DNA of 64,000 nucleotides, taken from positions 64,480,001 to 64,544,000 of the forward strand of contig NC_135896.1 of assembly GCF_964194155.1 (NCBI RefSeq), written 5' to 3'. The notes below the pieces were generated by a model. It saw only the letters and a program-made list of their open reading frames with translations. It had not been told where the DNA came from and searched no databases. Every line of letters starts with the position of its first letter. Position 1 is the first letter of the stretch. Source of the DNA: Cetorhinus maximus. Taxonomy: Eukaryota. This document shows positions 37,810 through 51,821 of the stretch, one piece after another. The position numbers were made by a program, and so were the translations under genes.

Positions 37810-39520
37810 TAAGAGTCAGCATGGATTTCAAAGAAAATTTTGCTTGACCAACCTTATTGAATTTGAGGACGTAACAGAAAGGTGGCGGAGGGGCACAATG
37901 GTGGTATCCCTACCTCTGAACCTGAACACACCAGGTTTAAGTCCCACATCACATTTGATGGTCAAGAAAGATGCATTCATAATGTGGCCAAGCAGGTTGA
38001 TTATTAACCTGCAAATCCTTTTGATACAATTTTGGCAAGCAGTAAAAACTGCAGAGTCTCACCTGGTCAGCCATGCTTGATACAGAGTGGTACCCCTCAA
38101 GCTATAGCCTTTGGCTGCAGGGTAGCGAGCTGGTTCCAGAGCAAGTGGCATCAATGGCCAAGTGGCAGAATGGATTGCTAGCTGGCTTAAGCAGAGAGTG
38201 GGAATAAAAGGGTGGTTATTTAAGAATGGCAGAAGGTGGGAAGCGGTGTTCCACAAGAATCAGTGTTTGGACTGCTGTTGTTCACAATTTACATGAACAA
38301 TTTGGACTTTGTAATCAAAAACAATTTTCTAAATTTGTGGATGACACTAAATTGGTGGGGGGAGTGGGAGAGAGTCAGTCAATTCCGGAGGACTGCATAA
38401 AACTACAGGAGGACATCAATAAATTTGCAGAATGAAAAAATAATTGGGAATTGAAAATCAACACAAATGTGAAGTAGTGCATTTTGGTAGGCAGAATTGA
38501 GGGTTACTTATTCCATGGAATGCTTAAGTCTTGATGGAGTAGAGGAACAAAGAGATCTGAGCACAAATACATCAATCATTAGAAGTTGTCACTGGTTAGC
38601 AAGGCCATAAAAATGCAGAGCAAACATGAGGCTTTATTTTCAGAAGGGTAGAATTGAAAAGTAGGGAAGTTATTATTCTAAAGCTGTATCAAACCTTGGT
38701 TAGGCCACACTTGAGTGCAGTTCAGGTCACCATATTATAAGAAGGATGTGGAGACACTGGTGAGGGTGCAGAGAAGGTTTACAAGGATGTTACCAGAAAT
38801 GTGTGGGTGTACATATCAGGAAAGTGTCAACAAGCTGGGTCTCTTTCTTGAAAAGGGCTGAAAGGTTACCTAATCGAGGTCTTTGAAATTAAGGTTTTGA
38901 TAGTCTAGATACAGAGACAATGTTTCCTCTTCCAGGTAAAGAGCATAACTAGAGGCCATCAGCAAAAGACTGGAAAGGAAATTAAGAAACTTCTTTACCC
39001 AAATAGCGTTTGGAGCATAGTATGGATGCATTTAAGTCCCCTGGACTTCATGGCCTGCATCCTAGGGACTTAAAAGTGGCTACGGAGATAGTAGATGTAT
39101 TTGAAGCAGTTCCGAGAAGATTCACTCAATTGAGTCCTGGGATGAAGAGGTTAGCATGAGGAAAGGTTGAACAGGTTGGCAGGTGATATTAATGAAGCAT
39201 AAAAGATCCTGTGGTGAGTCTAAAACTAGGGGACAGTTTAAGTATTAGGGATCTCCCATTTGAAACAGATGGTTAATTTTTTTCCCCCCTCAGTGTTTGG
39301 GATTCTTTTCCCCAGAAAGCAGTGGAGGCTGCATTTTTGAATATTTTTAAGGTTGAGTTAGATTTTTGATCAACGTGGAAGTCAAAGGTCATTGGGTGGG
39401 GGGGGGGGGGGTGCAGACAGGAAACTGTTGTGTGTCCACAATCAGATCAGCCCCATATCTTACCTATTGGCAGAGCAGGCTCAAGAGGCCAAATGGCCTA
39501 CCCTTGCTCCTAAATTAGAT
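37810..39520 (+). mobile_element. Decayed CR1 LINE RT fragments with inserted SINE (37881-38135)
   Basis: QHGF..LTNLIEF, SKFVDDTKL..LQEDINKF, CR1 tail at ~39445-39510. Confidence 0.8.
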
Positions 39521-39614
39521 GAGGAAGGATGGGAAGAGGCTTGAGTGAAGCATAAACAACAGCATAGACTGGTTGGGCTGAAAGGATATATGGCACAGAA
39601 ACAAGCCAGTGTAA

Positions 39615-40330
39615 TCCAAAAGCAAGAGAGATGCTGGAAATTGAAAAAAACGGAAAAGGTTAAAATTACACCGTGGCACTGTCAGCATGTGTGACTAGAC
39701 AAGTTGACATTTTAGATGCTGACTGAGAAGAGGCAGATAGGTATATTAATATAAAATCCTCATGTTCAATGTAAAGAACAAATGTTGAGAGGACTTGAAT
39801 GAAGTGGCATTGCAGTTTATCACAGCTAAGGAAATAGACATAATAGAAATCAAAGGGTGCATTAAAAAGCAAGGAAATCAGCCTAGGAAAATGAGGCAAA
39901 ATGGAACAAATGGAAAACCTGGCAGTCAGCATACTATAAAGGAAGCACACAAATTGCTATTCACACAGGAGTAGGATTCTGGACAACCGTGGGAGAGAAT
40001 TGAATGACCAGTTGTTGCATCTCTTGTAATTGCACATAAAAAAGCAGCTGAAAGTACTGATGGGGAAAGTGTGAACAAGGTTGTTGTGGAGGGAACAGTC
40101 CCATGAGAAAATGGGAGAGATGGGGAACATCATGTTGTAGGTGCAAAAGTGATGGACAACGATTTGGTGAATACTGGTGGCGTGGATAGGATGGCTTTCC
40201 TGAACTTCCCCCTTCTGTTAAAAAAGTGCACCTATGACACACCACTAACACTCACTTTCATTCCCAATCTAACTTCTGTCATTAGCTTTGCACATTTTTC
40301 TAACAAAGCTCGATATAAGCTTCAAAAACA
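39615..40330 (-). mobile_element. Highly degenerate Penelope-like fragment
   Basis: aaaagcaagagagatgctggaaatt tail at 39618 and weak GIY-YIG-region resemblance at 39960-40330. Confidence 0.4.
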
Positions 40331-40639
40331 ATATCTCAGCTTTTTCCAAGACCAACTCCTGTTCACTCATTGCTCCTGTGCTCTGATCTACATTGGCTCC
40401 CAGTTTTAAAAATTACATCCTTCTTTTCAATTCCCTACATGGCCTCGCCCCTCTCTATCCTTGTAGCCACCTCCAGCCCTTTGGGATCTCTCCGTTCCTC
40501 CAATTCTGACCTCGTGCCCACCCGATTTTCACTGCTCCACCATTGGCTTACAATCCTATTGTGAAGAAAATGGGAAAGTTCATTGATTTTCAATCCAAAG
40601 GCAGCCTCATTTTCTGCAATCAGTAGGCACGTTAGATAA

Positions 40640-41020
40640 AAACAAAAAGCTAAAAGCTACTGCGGATGCTGGAAATCCAAAACAAAAACAGAATTACCTG
40701 GAAAAACTCAGCAGGTCTGGCAGCATCGGCGGAGAAGAAATCAGTTAACGTTTCGAGCCTTCATGGCCCTTTGGCAGAACTGAAGCATAGTTAGAAGAAG
40801 GGAGAAATATAAATTGGTTTAAGGTGGGTGGTGGGTGGGGGGGGAGAGACACATTGAGGGTGTGGTGATTGTGGAGATGAGCAGATAATCAAAAGATGTC
40901 ACAGACAAAAGGGTCAAAGAGGTGTCGAAGGTGGTGACATTTGTCTGAGAAAAGTGCTAATTAAGAATGGAAGACAGGATATTCAAAGTACAGCTCTAGT
41001 GGGGGTGGGGTGGAAAGACT
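40640..41020 (-). mobile_element. Penelope-type 3' tail with hammerhead-like fold (40742-40782)
   Basis: Minus strand: CAGTT-CTGCCAAA-GGGCC atgaa GGCTC-GAAA-CG-TT-AACTG, then the gatgctgccagacctgctgag..tttccagcatccgcag tail. Confidence 0.8.
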
Positions 41021-41431
41021 CATTAGACTCCATTTTCTAAATCTAAAACATCACATTGAGGTATGTTTATTTTAGTTTGAATAGATTCTATGAATCTGTA
41101 CAGCATCCTATGGTAAGGATTCATGTAGAATATGATAAAATGTAAAATAACACGACACTTTGTGAATGCGGTACCCTCATTCACTGTAAATGGGAATGAT
41201 ACATGCAAAGTGTACTTATTTGGTGGGATTGGGTATTTTTTCAATGTCCTCCTATTGTCTATTTCAAAAGAAGGCAGCGCTCACACTTGAAAACAATCGC
41301 TTCTCCTCTCCCCAATTCTGTCCTCCTTCAGAGGAATTTTCCTCCAATACTGGGCTCTCAATCACGCCAACTCCATTTCTTTGCTGTTGTTTATGCTTCA
41401 CTCAAGCCTCTTCCCATCCTTCCTCATCTAA

Positions 41432-41680
41432 ATTAGGAGCAAGAGTAGGCCATTTAACCCCTTGAGCCTGCTCTGCCAATGGATAAGATATGGCTGATTC
41501 CATTGTGGACTCACTTTCCTGTCTGCCCCCAACCACCGTCACCACCCCCATGACCTTTGACTCCCATGTTGATCAAAAATCTAACTCAACCTGAAAACTA
41601 TTCAAAGATGCAGCCTCTATTGCTTTCTGGGGAAAAGAATCCCAAACACTAAGGAGCCTCTGAGGGGGGGAAAAAAATTC
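41432..41680 (-). mobile_element. CR1 LINE 3' end
   Basis: aattaggagcaagagtaggccatttaaccccttgagcctgctctgcca tail. Confidence 0.8.
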
Positions 41681-42514
41681 CTAAGGCAGTCATCCTTTCA
41701 GCCAGTTCGACCCAAAGCCCTAGAGGTCCCTTTCGAAACACCATGTTCTCCTTTTAAGACACTGGCTCAAAAATTACCTTTCACCAAGTTATTGTTCATC
41801 ATATCTCTCATTTTTTTCTCATTATGTTTCTGCAAAGCATATAGGAATGTTCCACTGTGTTAAAAAGGTGCTTCACAAGTAAAGTTGCCATTTGGTTGTG
41901 ATGTGTTTCCATGTTTGAAGAGAAACATGAAAAAAAGCGGGTTATTATTTTCTATTACTCTTCTGCCAGAACATGTGGAATAGAGTTTGAATCACCTCTT
42001 TGCCTATGTAGATATAACCACCTGGCAACATGAAACCACCACCTCAAGCTAACCATTAGAAGCACAAAATGGCTTTGTGATTAAGGAGACAAAATGCCTT
42101 GAAAGCTGTCAGGTACGAAAATGCCAACCATCTACCACCTTTCCTGCTACCTCCCCATGATGCTCAACCAAGCACTTGTACGTATAAGTAATTGTGGCTA
42201 TGGAATAGTCAGCATTTCATGGTACAGGACATCAATCCTCAACATGCTGAGGCATGAAAATTCTGTAAAGGCACAAAAAATTCACACAACAGTTTTTGTA
42301 AGAAGCAAATTCATTTATGAAAAACTTCATTGTTTTTGAACAAAGCACGGCATTTACAAATTATACATTGTTTGCTTACTTGTGCAAACAATTTTCTTTC
42401 AGAAGTAAATTAATGTAATTCTACTTTTACATGATTAACTTAATTAAATGTTTTATATTTGTATTTTACAGCATAAAGAGAAACATACTTGGAAAATATT
42501 GGCTAAATGAATAT

Positions 42515-42520
42515 TTTATT
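42515..42520 (-). terminator. Candidate SRP54 polyadenylation signal (AATAAA)
   Basis: tttatt on + about 250 nt past the stop, in an AU-rich stretch; a second AATAAA lies at 42751-42756. Confidence 0.45.
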
Positions 42521-42769
42521 TCACCCAATATTAAGTGAGGCCCAACTCAGTGAAACTTTAGCCATTACATAAACAAATCTCCAATATTCTTTCTATTCAA
42601 CAAATCCAAATAGAATACAAGGAAAGCAATTGTGTACTAATGTAATTCAATAATCTTCAAAGGTTAAAAATTCTCTACCAGTTCCTCTCTGTTCCACATC
42701 ACCCCCAAAAAGGAAAAAAATGTTACATTCTCAGCTTCCAGACTTGTCAGTTTATTTGAGACATTTGTT

Positions 42770-42883
<114 letters not shown>

Positions 42884-43089
42884 TTAGTACAAGTCCGATA
42901 AACGAAAGCAATCATAACATTTTAAATTGCGCTAGATCATCTTCTGTGATACAGCTCAACAAGTCCAATGACTCGTCAGCACTGGAGGAAGCCTGTGCAG
43001 GGGTCTCTGGATCTAACAATAGTCTGAGGGGCAACTCAGCAGGGTTACATGAACTGGAGAGGTTTTATGAATGCTGATGTAGATTTTGG

Positions 43090-44250
43090 TGTCCAAAATT
43101 ATCGGGGAGCAAGTCTCAGCCCCTGACTGAGCTCAGCTATTGCTGAAACCCTCAACCATTATTTTATTAACTCAAGACTTGGACTTTTCCATTGCTTTCT
43201 TGGCTGGGGTCTCACCATGCGTCCTTGGTTAACTTGAGCTCATTCAAAATTCTGCTGTCCCTAACCTAACACACATCAAGCCCCTTTTCATCTACCACCA
43301 TTATGCTCACTGACCTACACGGGCCATAACTTCCGATAGAGTGGCAATTGAGTCAGATTGCAACTCTGCTCGAAAGCACTCACCTTGAAACCCAGGTGAT
43401 CCTATCTCGTCCGACCTGACGCAGGCGAGTCGTGATCTGGGCAGGTCAATGCGTCTCCAGGGCCTAACGGTGAGGGCTGTAGAGTCGCAGGTAAGGAAGC
43501 CACAGCCTTTTTTTTAAAACAGCACTAGCTGCTGTAAACCAGTTGTTTAAATGTGCAGCCAGGTTTAAAGGTTGTTGACAAGCCAGGGGGAAGCATGTAA
43601 AGGTAAATGGATCGGATTGGGGTGGGGGAAAAAAACAAGAGCGTCAGGTCAGGCTGGTCTGGTCTTGGGGGTGGAGAGAATCCTGCAGGGCTGGGGGAGC
43701 CCATAGGACATTAGTCAAGGGGTGGGGGAGTGGAGGGAGGTGGCGTCCCATGGGGAAGTGGGGGGGGGGGGGGGCGGGGGGTGGGTGTTGTCGGTGTGGG
43801 ACTCTAAATTAGTTATACAAAAGCTACAATTGGTTTCATTTCTTCCAACCTTTTCTGGGTAACTATTGATGCAAGACCATTGGAAACATCCAAAGTTTGA
43901 GATTTAAATTGCATTTTCGGATGGTTCCCTGTTGCCAATGGGAATTTTGCATTTGTCAAGCAATTGCTGTGCAAACCTTACATGAGAATTTCTGGAGTTT
44001 CCCCCGGTGCATCTTTAGGATACTCCCCAATTACAACACCCTGGAGCTTGGATGTTACAGCGCTCTGATTTTACAATCCTCATCACTATTTTCAAATATT
44101 TTCATGCCTTGTCTCTCACCATCTTTGCAATCTCCTCCAGCTCCAATTCTGGCCTTTTGTGCATTCTACATATTAATTTCCTTGCTATTAGCAGGCATGC
44201 CTTCAGCTCTCAGCTTCAAGTTCTGGAATTCCTTTTCTCAGCTTCTCTTG
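43090..44250 (+). mobile_element. L2 3' fragment split by MITE copy 2 (43321-44063)
   Basis: gctattgctgaaaccctcaaccatt..actcaagacttggac (AETL..SRLD); MITE ends GGGCCATAACTT ... GATGTTACAGCGC. Confidence 0.75.
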
Positions 44251-47200
44251 GAACATAAGAAATAGAAGGCCATTCAGCCCTTTGAGCCTGCTCAGCCATT
44301 CAATGAGATACAGCTGATCATCTACTTCAACACCACTTTCCCGCACTATCCCTGCATCCCTTTATGTTTTTAATATGTAGAAATCTATCTATCTCTTGAA
44401 CACACTCAATGACTGAGCCCCCAAAGCCCTCCAAGGCAGAGAATTCCAAAGAATCACCACCCTCTGAGTGAAGAAATTCCTCCTCATCTCAGTCCTAAAC
44501 GACCTGCCCCTTGAGACTGTGCCTTCTGGTTCGAGACACCCCAGCCAGGGGAAACATCCTTCCTGCATCTACCCTGTCAAGCTTTAAGAATTTTCTATGT
44601 TTGAATAAGATCATCTCTCATTCTTCTAAACTCCAGAGAATAAAGGCCCAATCTATTTAATCTTTCCTCACAGGACCATCCCTCCATCCACTATCCCTCC
44701 ATGCCAGGAATTAATTTAGTGAACCTTCATTGCGCTCCCTCTATGGCAAGTATATCTTTCCTTAGGTAAAGAGACCAGAACAGCGCACAATACTGTAGTT
44801 GTGCTCTCACCAAGGCTCTAGATAATTGCAGTGAGACATCTTTACTCCTATACTCAAACCCTCTTGCAATAAAGGCCAACATACCATTTGCTTTCTTAAT
44901 TGCTTGTTTTACCTGCATGTTAGCTTTCACTAATTCATAACAAGGACATCCAAGTCCCTTTTAAGTTCAACACTTAACAGCCTTTCACCATTTAAGAAAT
45001 ACTCCGCTTTTCTGTTCTTCCTACCAAAGCGGATAGGCTCACGTTTCTCCACACTATTGCCAAGTTTTTGCCTACTCACTAAACCTCTCCAAAACCCCTT
45101 GAAGTATCTTCGTATCCTATGACTCCCACTTTTGTGCCATCTGCAAACTTGGAAATATTACATTTAATCTCCACATCCAAATGATTCACCTAGATTGTGA
45201 ATAGCTAGGGCCCGATCCTTCCGGTACCCCACTCACAGCCTGCCAAGCATTTTTTTAATTCATTAAATGGGATGTGGGTTTCAATGGCTGGGCCAGCATT
45301 TATTGCCCATCCCTAGTTATCCTTGAGAAGGTGGTGGTGAGCTGCCTTCTTGAACCACTGCAATCCATGTGGTGTAGGTACACCCACAGTGCTGTTTGAG
45401 GGGGCGTTCCAGGATTTTGACCCAGCGATAGTGAAGGAATGACAATATATTTCCAAGTCAGGATGGTGAATAACTTGGAGGGGAACTTCCAGGTGGTGGT
45501 GTTCCCATCTATCTGCTGCGTTTGTCCTTCTAGATGGTAGTGGTCGTGGATTTGGAAGGTGCTGTCAAAGGAGCTTTGGTGAATTCCTGCAGTACATCTT
45601 GAAGATGGCACACGCTGCTGCTGCGCATCAGTGGTGGAGGAAGTAGATGTTTGTGGGTGTGGTGCCAATTAAGCAGGTGGTCCTGGACGGTGTCAAGCTT
45701 AAGTGTTGTGGGAGCTCCACTCATCCAGGAAAGTGGGGAGTATTCCATCACTTGTGCCTTGTAGATGGTGGACAGGCTTTGGGGAGTCAGGAGGTGAGTT
45801 ACTCGTTGCAGGATTCCTAGCCTCTGACCTGCTCTTATAGCCACAGAATTTATATGGCTAGTCCAGTTCAGTTTCTGGTCAATGGTAACTCCCAGGATAT
45901 TGATAGTGGGGATTCAGTGGTGATAATGCTATTGAACAACAAGGGGCGATGGTTAGATTCTCTCTTGTTGGAGATAGTCATTGCCTGGCACTTGTGTGGC
46001 ACAAATGTAACTTGCCACTTGTCAGCCCAAGCCTGGATATTGTCCAGGTCTTGCTGCATTTGGACATGGACTGCTTCAGTATCTGAGGAGTCACGAATGG
46101 TGCTGATCATTGTGCAATCATCAGCGAACATCCCCACTTCTGACTTTATGATGGAAGGAAGGTCATTGATGAAACAGCTGAAGGTGGTTGGGCTGAGGAC
46201 ATTACCCTGAGGAACTCCTGCAGTGATGTCCTGGAGCTGAGATGACTGATCTCCAACAATCACAAACATCTTCCTTTGTGCTTGGTATGACTCCAACCAG
46301 CGAATAGTTTTTCCCCCGATTCCCATTTACACCAGTTTTGCTAGGGTTCCTTGATGCCAGACTTGGTCAAATGCGGCCTTGATGTTAAGGGAAGTCACTC
46401 TCACCTCAGAGTTCAGCTCCTTTGTCCATGTTTGAACCAAGGCTGTAATGAGGTCAGAATCTGAATGGCCCTGGCGAAAGCCAAACTGGGCATCCGTGAG
46501 CAGGTTATTGCTAACAAAGTACCGTTAGATAGCATTGTTGATGATCCCTTCCATTACTTTTCTGATGATAGAGAATAGGCTGATGGGGCAGTAATTGGCC
46601 GGGTTGGATTTGTTCAGCTTTGTGTGTACAGGACATACCTGCGTAATTTTCCACATAGCTGGGTAGATGCCAGTATTGTAGCTGTACTGGAACAGCTTGG
46701 TTAGGGGCACGGCAAGTTCTGGAGCATGAGTCTTCAGTGCTATTGCTGGAATATTGTCAGGGCCCAAAGCCTCTGCACTAGCCAGTGCCTTCAGCCATTT
46801 CTTTATATCACGTGGAGTGCATTGAACCCATTTATTCCTATTGTTTTCTGTCCGTTAACCATTTTAATCCATGCCAGTAGATTCCCCCTAATTCCATGTG
46901 CTCTAATTTTGTTTGCTAACTTGTGTGGGACCTTATCAAAAGCTTTGTGAAAATCTACCAGTTCCCCCTCATCTATTCTGCTAGTTACATCCTCAAAAAA
47001 CTCCAACAGGTTCGTTAAACATGATTTCCCTTTAATAAATCTATGTTGACTCAGCCAATCCTACCATAATTTATTTATATATATATATTTTTTTTTGGAA
47101 GTGTCCTGTTATCACATCCTTAGTCTAACATTTTCTCTACAACTGATGTCAGGTTAACAGGTCTGTAGTTCACAGTTTTCGCTCTCCCTCCTTTCTTAAA

Positions 47201-47400
47201 TAGTGGGTTAATTTGCGAATTTTCAATCTGCAGGAACCAGTCCAGAGTAGACAGTTTTGAAAGATGACCACCACTGTATCTTCTACAGTCACCTCTTTCA
47301 ACACTCTGGGATGTAGATCATCAAGACCAGGGGATTTATCAACTTCAATTCCATTAATTTCTCTAGTGCTTTTTTTTTAAAATAAATATTAATATCTTGC
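44250..47400 (-). mobile_element. CR1 LINE (RT) interrupted by a family B LINE
   Basis: QAIKKANGMLAFIARGFEYRSKDV..FWSLYLRKDI and EFFEDVTSRID..DFHKAFDKVPHKL lie either side of the 45250-46815 insertion. Confidence 0.9.
45250..46815 (-). mobile_element. LINE family B, 5'-truncated
   Basis: GPDNIPAIALKTHAPELAVPL..NYCPISL; GVPQGNVLSPTTFSCFINDLP..MFADDCT; shared 3' tail. Confidence 0.93.
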
Positions 47401-48084
47401 AGGTCTAGCACACCAGTCCCTTGATTCTCCATTATTTCTGGGAGGTTTTTAGTATTTTTCTGCACGCAGACTCACTACCTCCCTTTCCTCTAAGACGCTC
47501 ATTAAAATCTTACCACACTGACCAAGTTTTTGGTAACTTGTCCTAATATCTCCTTTTGAAATTTTGTTTGATAACACTCTTGGTAAAACATTTCAAGCTC
47601 CTTCACATAATGCTTTGTAAATGCAGGTCATTGTTGTTGCCTGTTTTAGAGCACTTAAGTGTAAACTTAAAATGCTTGTTTGGAGGGGGGGGGGCGGTGG
47701 AGGATAGTGATGTCACAGGCTGGGAATGCATAGTTTCCTGACATGCACACCCAGCAGAGAAAGTTGTGCCCTATTATTTAGCCAACTTAGCCTGTTCATC
47801 TGAATGCAGCTTCTAAATTTAATGTAAAGAATTTCATAATCTCAAAAATGGATTTGGGGAATTTCTTCCAAAGTGAATATACAATGAAAATAGGCAGATG
47901 ACTTTTTTTTTAAAAAAACAATCAACTTATGGGAAATTCAATTACAGATGTTTCCTTTAGGAATTTCAATGCAAAATCTCAACATAAAAGACGACCAATT
48001 TTGACAGCAGAAAGAGAAGCTGATAGAGTGCGCATACAAGATGTGGTTAATAAGATATTATTTGATGTTCCAAAAATGACTTGT

Positions 48085-48475
48085 TCTTATATACAGTCTT
48101 TCACAACTGTAGGATATCCCAAAGCATTTTACAGCCTATTAAGTACTTTTTGAAGTAAAGCCATTGCTATAATGTAGCAAACTTGGCCGCCAATTTGCAA
48201 ACAGCAAGTTTCCATACCCAACAATGTGATAATGACCGAGATAATCTGTTTTAATTATGCTGGTGGATGGATAATATTTGATAGTACAACAAGGATAACT
48301 CCTTGCTCTTCTTCAAAATAGTACCAAGAGATCTCATGTTCAATTGAGGGGGCAGGCAGGGCCTCAGTTTAACATTTCTTCCAAAAGACAGCACCTAACA
48401 CTGCATCACTCGAGTGGGGAGTCAAGTCCAAAACCCTCTAACTCAGAAGCAAGACTAACAAAGCCACAGTTGACA
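48085..48475 (-). mobile_element. Deu-domain SINE
   Basis: ctcttcttcaaaatagtacc..gggcctcagtttaacatttcttccaaaagacagcacc, collinear with 33010-33425. Confidence 0.8.
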
Positions 48476-49227
48476 CAAGGTGTTATAATACACAGCAAAT
48501 GGAACACCTCTGGAATCACCCTCCTTCTTCACTTCTCACTATATCCTCAGCTGCTTTTGCCATTTCCTTTCAACTGAATGCAAGTCAGTGGGGTAATACA
48601 ACATGATTTGGCAAGAGTGTGACAAAGGATGTCAGGCTACATTGGGTAGGGGACTGTGGGATGTGTGGGTTTAAGCAGCTCCCTTCCAAACCCCTACTCT
48701 GCCAATCATGTGTCTCCTCCACCTCCACATTTCCTTCACCTTCCCATCACTCATCCACTTTACTATCTCATTAATACCCCAGAAGCTTCCTCTTTGAACT
48801 AACCTTTATCTCATTCTCTGACAGTAATCTCTATTCTCAGTAATCTCATATTTTCTAAACTGAATACAAAAACAGATTGTGTAATCTGCTCATGCACGGC
48901 TGATTTAAAAAGAATACAGCATTTTACCTTGGTAAAGCTTTAAAAATATGCACTTTGCAAAATTATTTCAAGACATCTGAGCATAAAGTGCTATGCTACA
49001 GAAAACATGTCCATTAGTTCAGTTGATGTGGTATCCTGTGAAGCTAGATTTCAGCGCACAGTATAGTTCTTGGTAAAAATATTAGCTGTAAGCCCAAGCT
49101 GAGGCCTGCAAATTAATCTTTTAAAAAGGCAGTAAATAAAAAACAAGACAGTACAATCCACAAAATAATTTTATGAAAAGTAATTGTGATTTTTAAAAAT
49201 AATTTAAACCATTACATTGACAATTAT

Positions 49228-51460
49228 GGGGAAGCAGTGACATGGAGAAAAATGTCACTGAACCAGTAATCCAGAGGCCCAAGCTAATGCCCTTGGGACA
49301 AGGGTTCACTACTGAGCTGGTGGAATTTAAATTCAATTGATAAATCTGGAATTAAAAAGCTAGTCTCAGTAATGCTGAACATGAAACCATCATCAATTGT
49401 TCTGGTTCACTGAAGTCCTTTAGGGAAGGAAATCTGCTGTCCTTACCTGGTCTGACCTTTGTGTGACCCACAGCACCAAGTGATTGAATCTTAAATGCCC
49501 TCTCAAATGGCCTAGCAAGCCACTCAGTTGCATCAAGCTGCTACAGTAAAGTCAAAAAGCAATGAAACCAGATAGACTATCTGGCATTGACCGAGGCACC
49601 GAAAATGACAACAAACCCACCCCTGTTGACCCTGCAAAGTCCTCCTTACATCTAGGGGCGTGTGCCAAAATTGGGAGAACTATCCCACAGACTCATCAAT
49701 CAACAGCCTGAGAGTCATACTCTCAGAATTATATCTTACAGACAATGTCCCAGGCACCACCATCGCCATCCCTGGGTATGTCTTGTCACACCATCAGGAC
49801 ATACCCACCAGAGGCAGTGGCATAGCGTTATACAGCCAGGAGGGCTCTCTCTCAGGAGTCCTTAATATTGACTCTGGACCGTATGAAGTCTCAGGGCATA
49901 AGGTCAAACATGGGTAAGGAAATCTCCTTTTGATTACCCACACCTACCACCCACAGGCCCCCCATCCACCCCGCTTATGAATCAATACTCCTCCATGCTG
50001 AAAACCAGTTAGAAGAAGCACTGAGGATGGCAAGGGTACAGAACAAATACTGGATGGGGAACTTCAACGTCCATCACCAAGAGTGGCTCGGTAACACTAG
50101 TATTGACTGATCCCTAAAGTATATAGTTGCTTGACTGGGTATGTGACAGGCGGTGAGGGAGCAAACAAGTGGGACAGACCTGTTTGATCTCGTCCTCACC
50201 AATCTACCTGTTGCAGATGCATCTGTCCAAGCAGCACTTAACTCAGCAATAACTTGCTCACGACGCTCAGTTTGCATTCCACTACGACCACTCAGTGCTT
50301 GACCTCTTTACATCCTTGTTCCAAACATGGAGAAAGGAGATGAACTTGAGTGAGGCAAGAGTGACTGCCCTTGACAGTAAGGCAACATTTGACCAAGTGT
50401 GGCATTAAGGTGGTCTAGAAAAACTGGTGCCAATGGGAATCAGGGGAAAACTCTCTGCAGGTTGGAGTCATACCTAGTATAAAGGAAGATGGTTGTGGTT
50501 TTTAAAGAGATCAATTATCAGCAGCAAAGTCCTGGGAGTGAGGAGTTCTGGAGGTTAGTGTCCTAGGCCCAACCAGCTTCAATTGCTTCCTCAATGGGTC
50601 AGAAGTGGGGATGTTCGCTGATGATTGTACAATATTCAGCATCATTCACAACTCAGGTACTAAAGCAGTCCATGTCCACTTGTCGCAAGACCTAGACAAC
50701 ATTCAGGCTTGGACTATGTGTTAACTAGCATTCACACCACTCAACTGCCGAGCATTAACCATCTCCAATAAAAGAGAATCCAAATCATCTGCCCATGACA
50801 CTGAATGGCATTACTATTGCTGAATCTCCCAATATCAACATCCTAAGGGGTTACCATTTACCAGAAAATGAACTAGAGAAGCCACATATATACAGTGGCT
50901 ACAAATTGTGCTGCAAGTAGCTCACCTCCTGACTCCCCAGAGCCAGGCCAACATCTACAAGGCACAAGTCAGGAGTGTGATGGAATGCTGCCCACTTGCC
51001 TGGATGCATGCAATCCTCTAACAACACTCAGAAAGCTCAACACCATCCGAGACAAAGCAACCTGCTTGCTTGGCATCCCATCCACCACCACGACACACAA
51101 TGGCAGCAGCGTGTACCACCACAAGATGCACTGCAACAACTGACCACGGTTCCTTTGATAGTAGCTCCCAAACATGAAACCCCTACCACCAAGAAGGACA
51201 AAGGGCAGAAGATGCATGGAAACATCATAACCTCCAAGTTCCCCTCCAAGCCACATACCATTCTGGACTTGGAACTATATCGCCATTCCTTCGCTGTTGC
51301 TGGGTCAAAATCCCTTCCCTTCCTAACAGCACTGTAGGTGTACCCTTGCCACATGAACTGCAGCAGTGCACGTCAGTGGCTCAATACTTCCTTAAGATAA
51401 TTAGAGACAAGCAATAAATGCTGCCCTAGCCAGTGATTCCACATCTCATGGAAGAATACA
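49228..51460 (+). mobile_element. LINE family B with intact 5' end: tRNA-SINE-like head + APE + (internally deleted) RT + 3' tail
   Basis: 49228-49530 is collinear with the SINE at 20886-21286; then PKLGELSHRLINQQP, ILSELYLTDNV..IPGYVLSHHQDIPTRGSG, tggatggggaacttcaac (GDFN-like), RT atgttcgctgatgattgt (MFADDC) and the gcaataaatgctg tail. Confidence 0.88.
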
Positions 51461-51560
51461 TTTTTTAAAAACTGAAACTTTTAAGTTTGAGAAGTTGATA
51501 GTCAGATTGAACAATTTCAGTAATCAAAATACATGATGAATCAGGATACATGTATATCTA

Positions 51561-51821
<261 letters not shown>

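Noticed and set aside
42751-42756. AATAAA 14 nt after the SRP54 stop as the main polyA signal
   Set aside because: Would leave a very short UTR; the site at 42515 with AU/GU-rich surroundings seems more likely, though neither can be confirmed from sequence alone.
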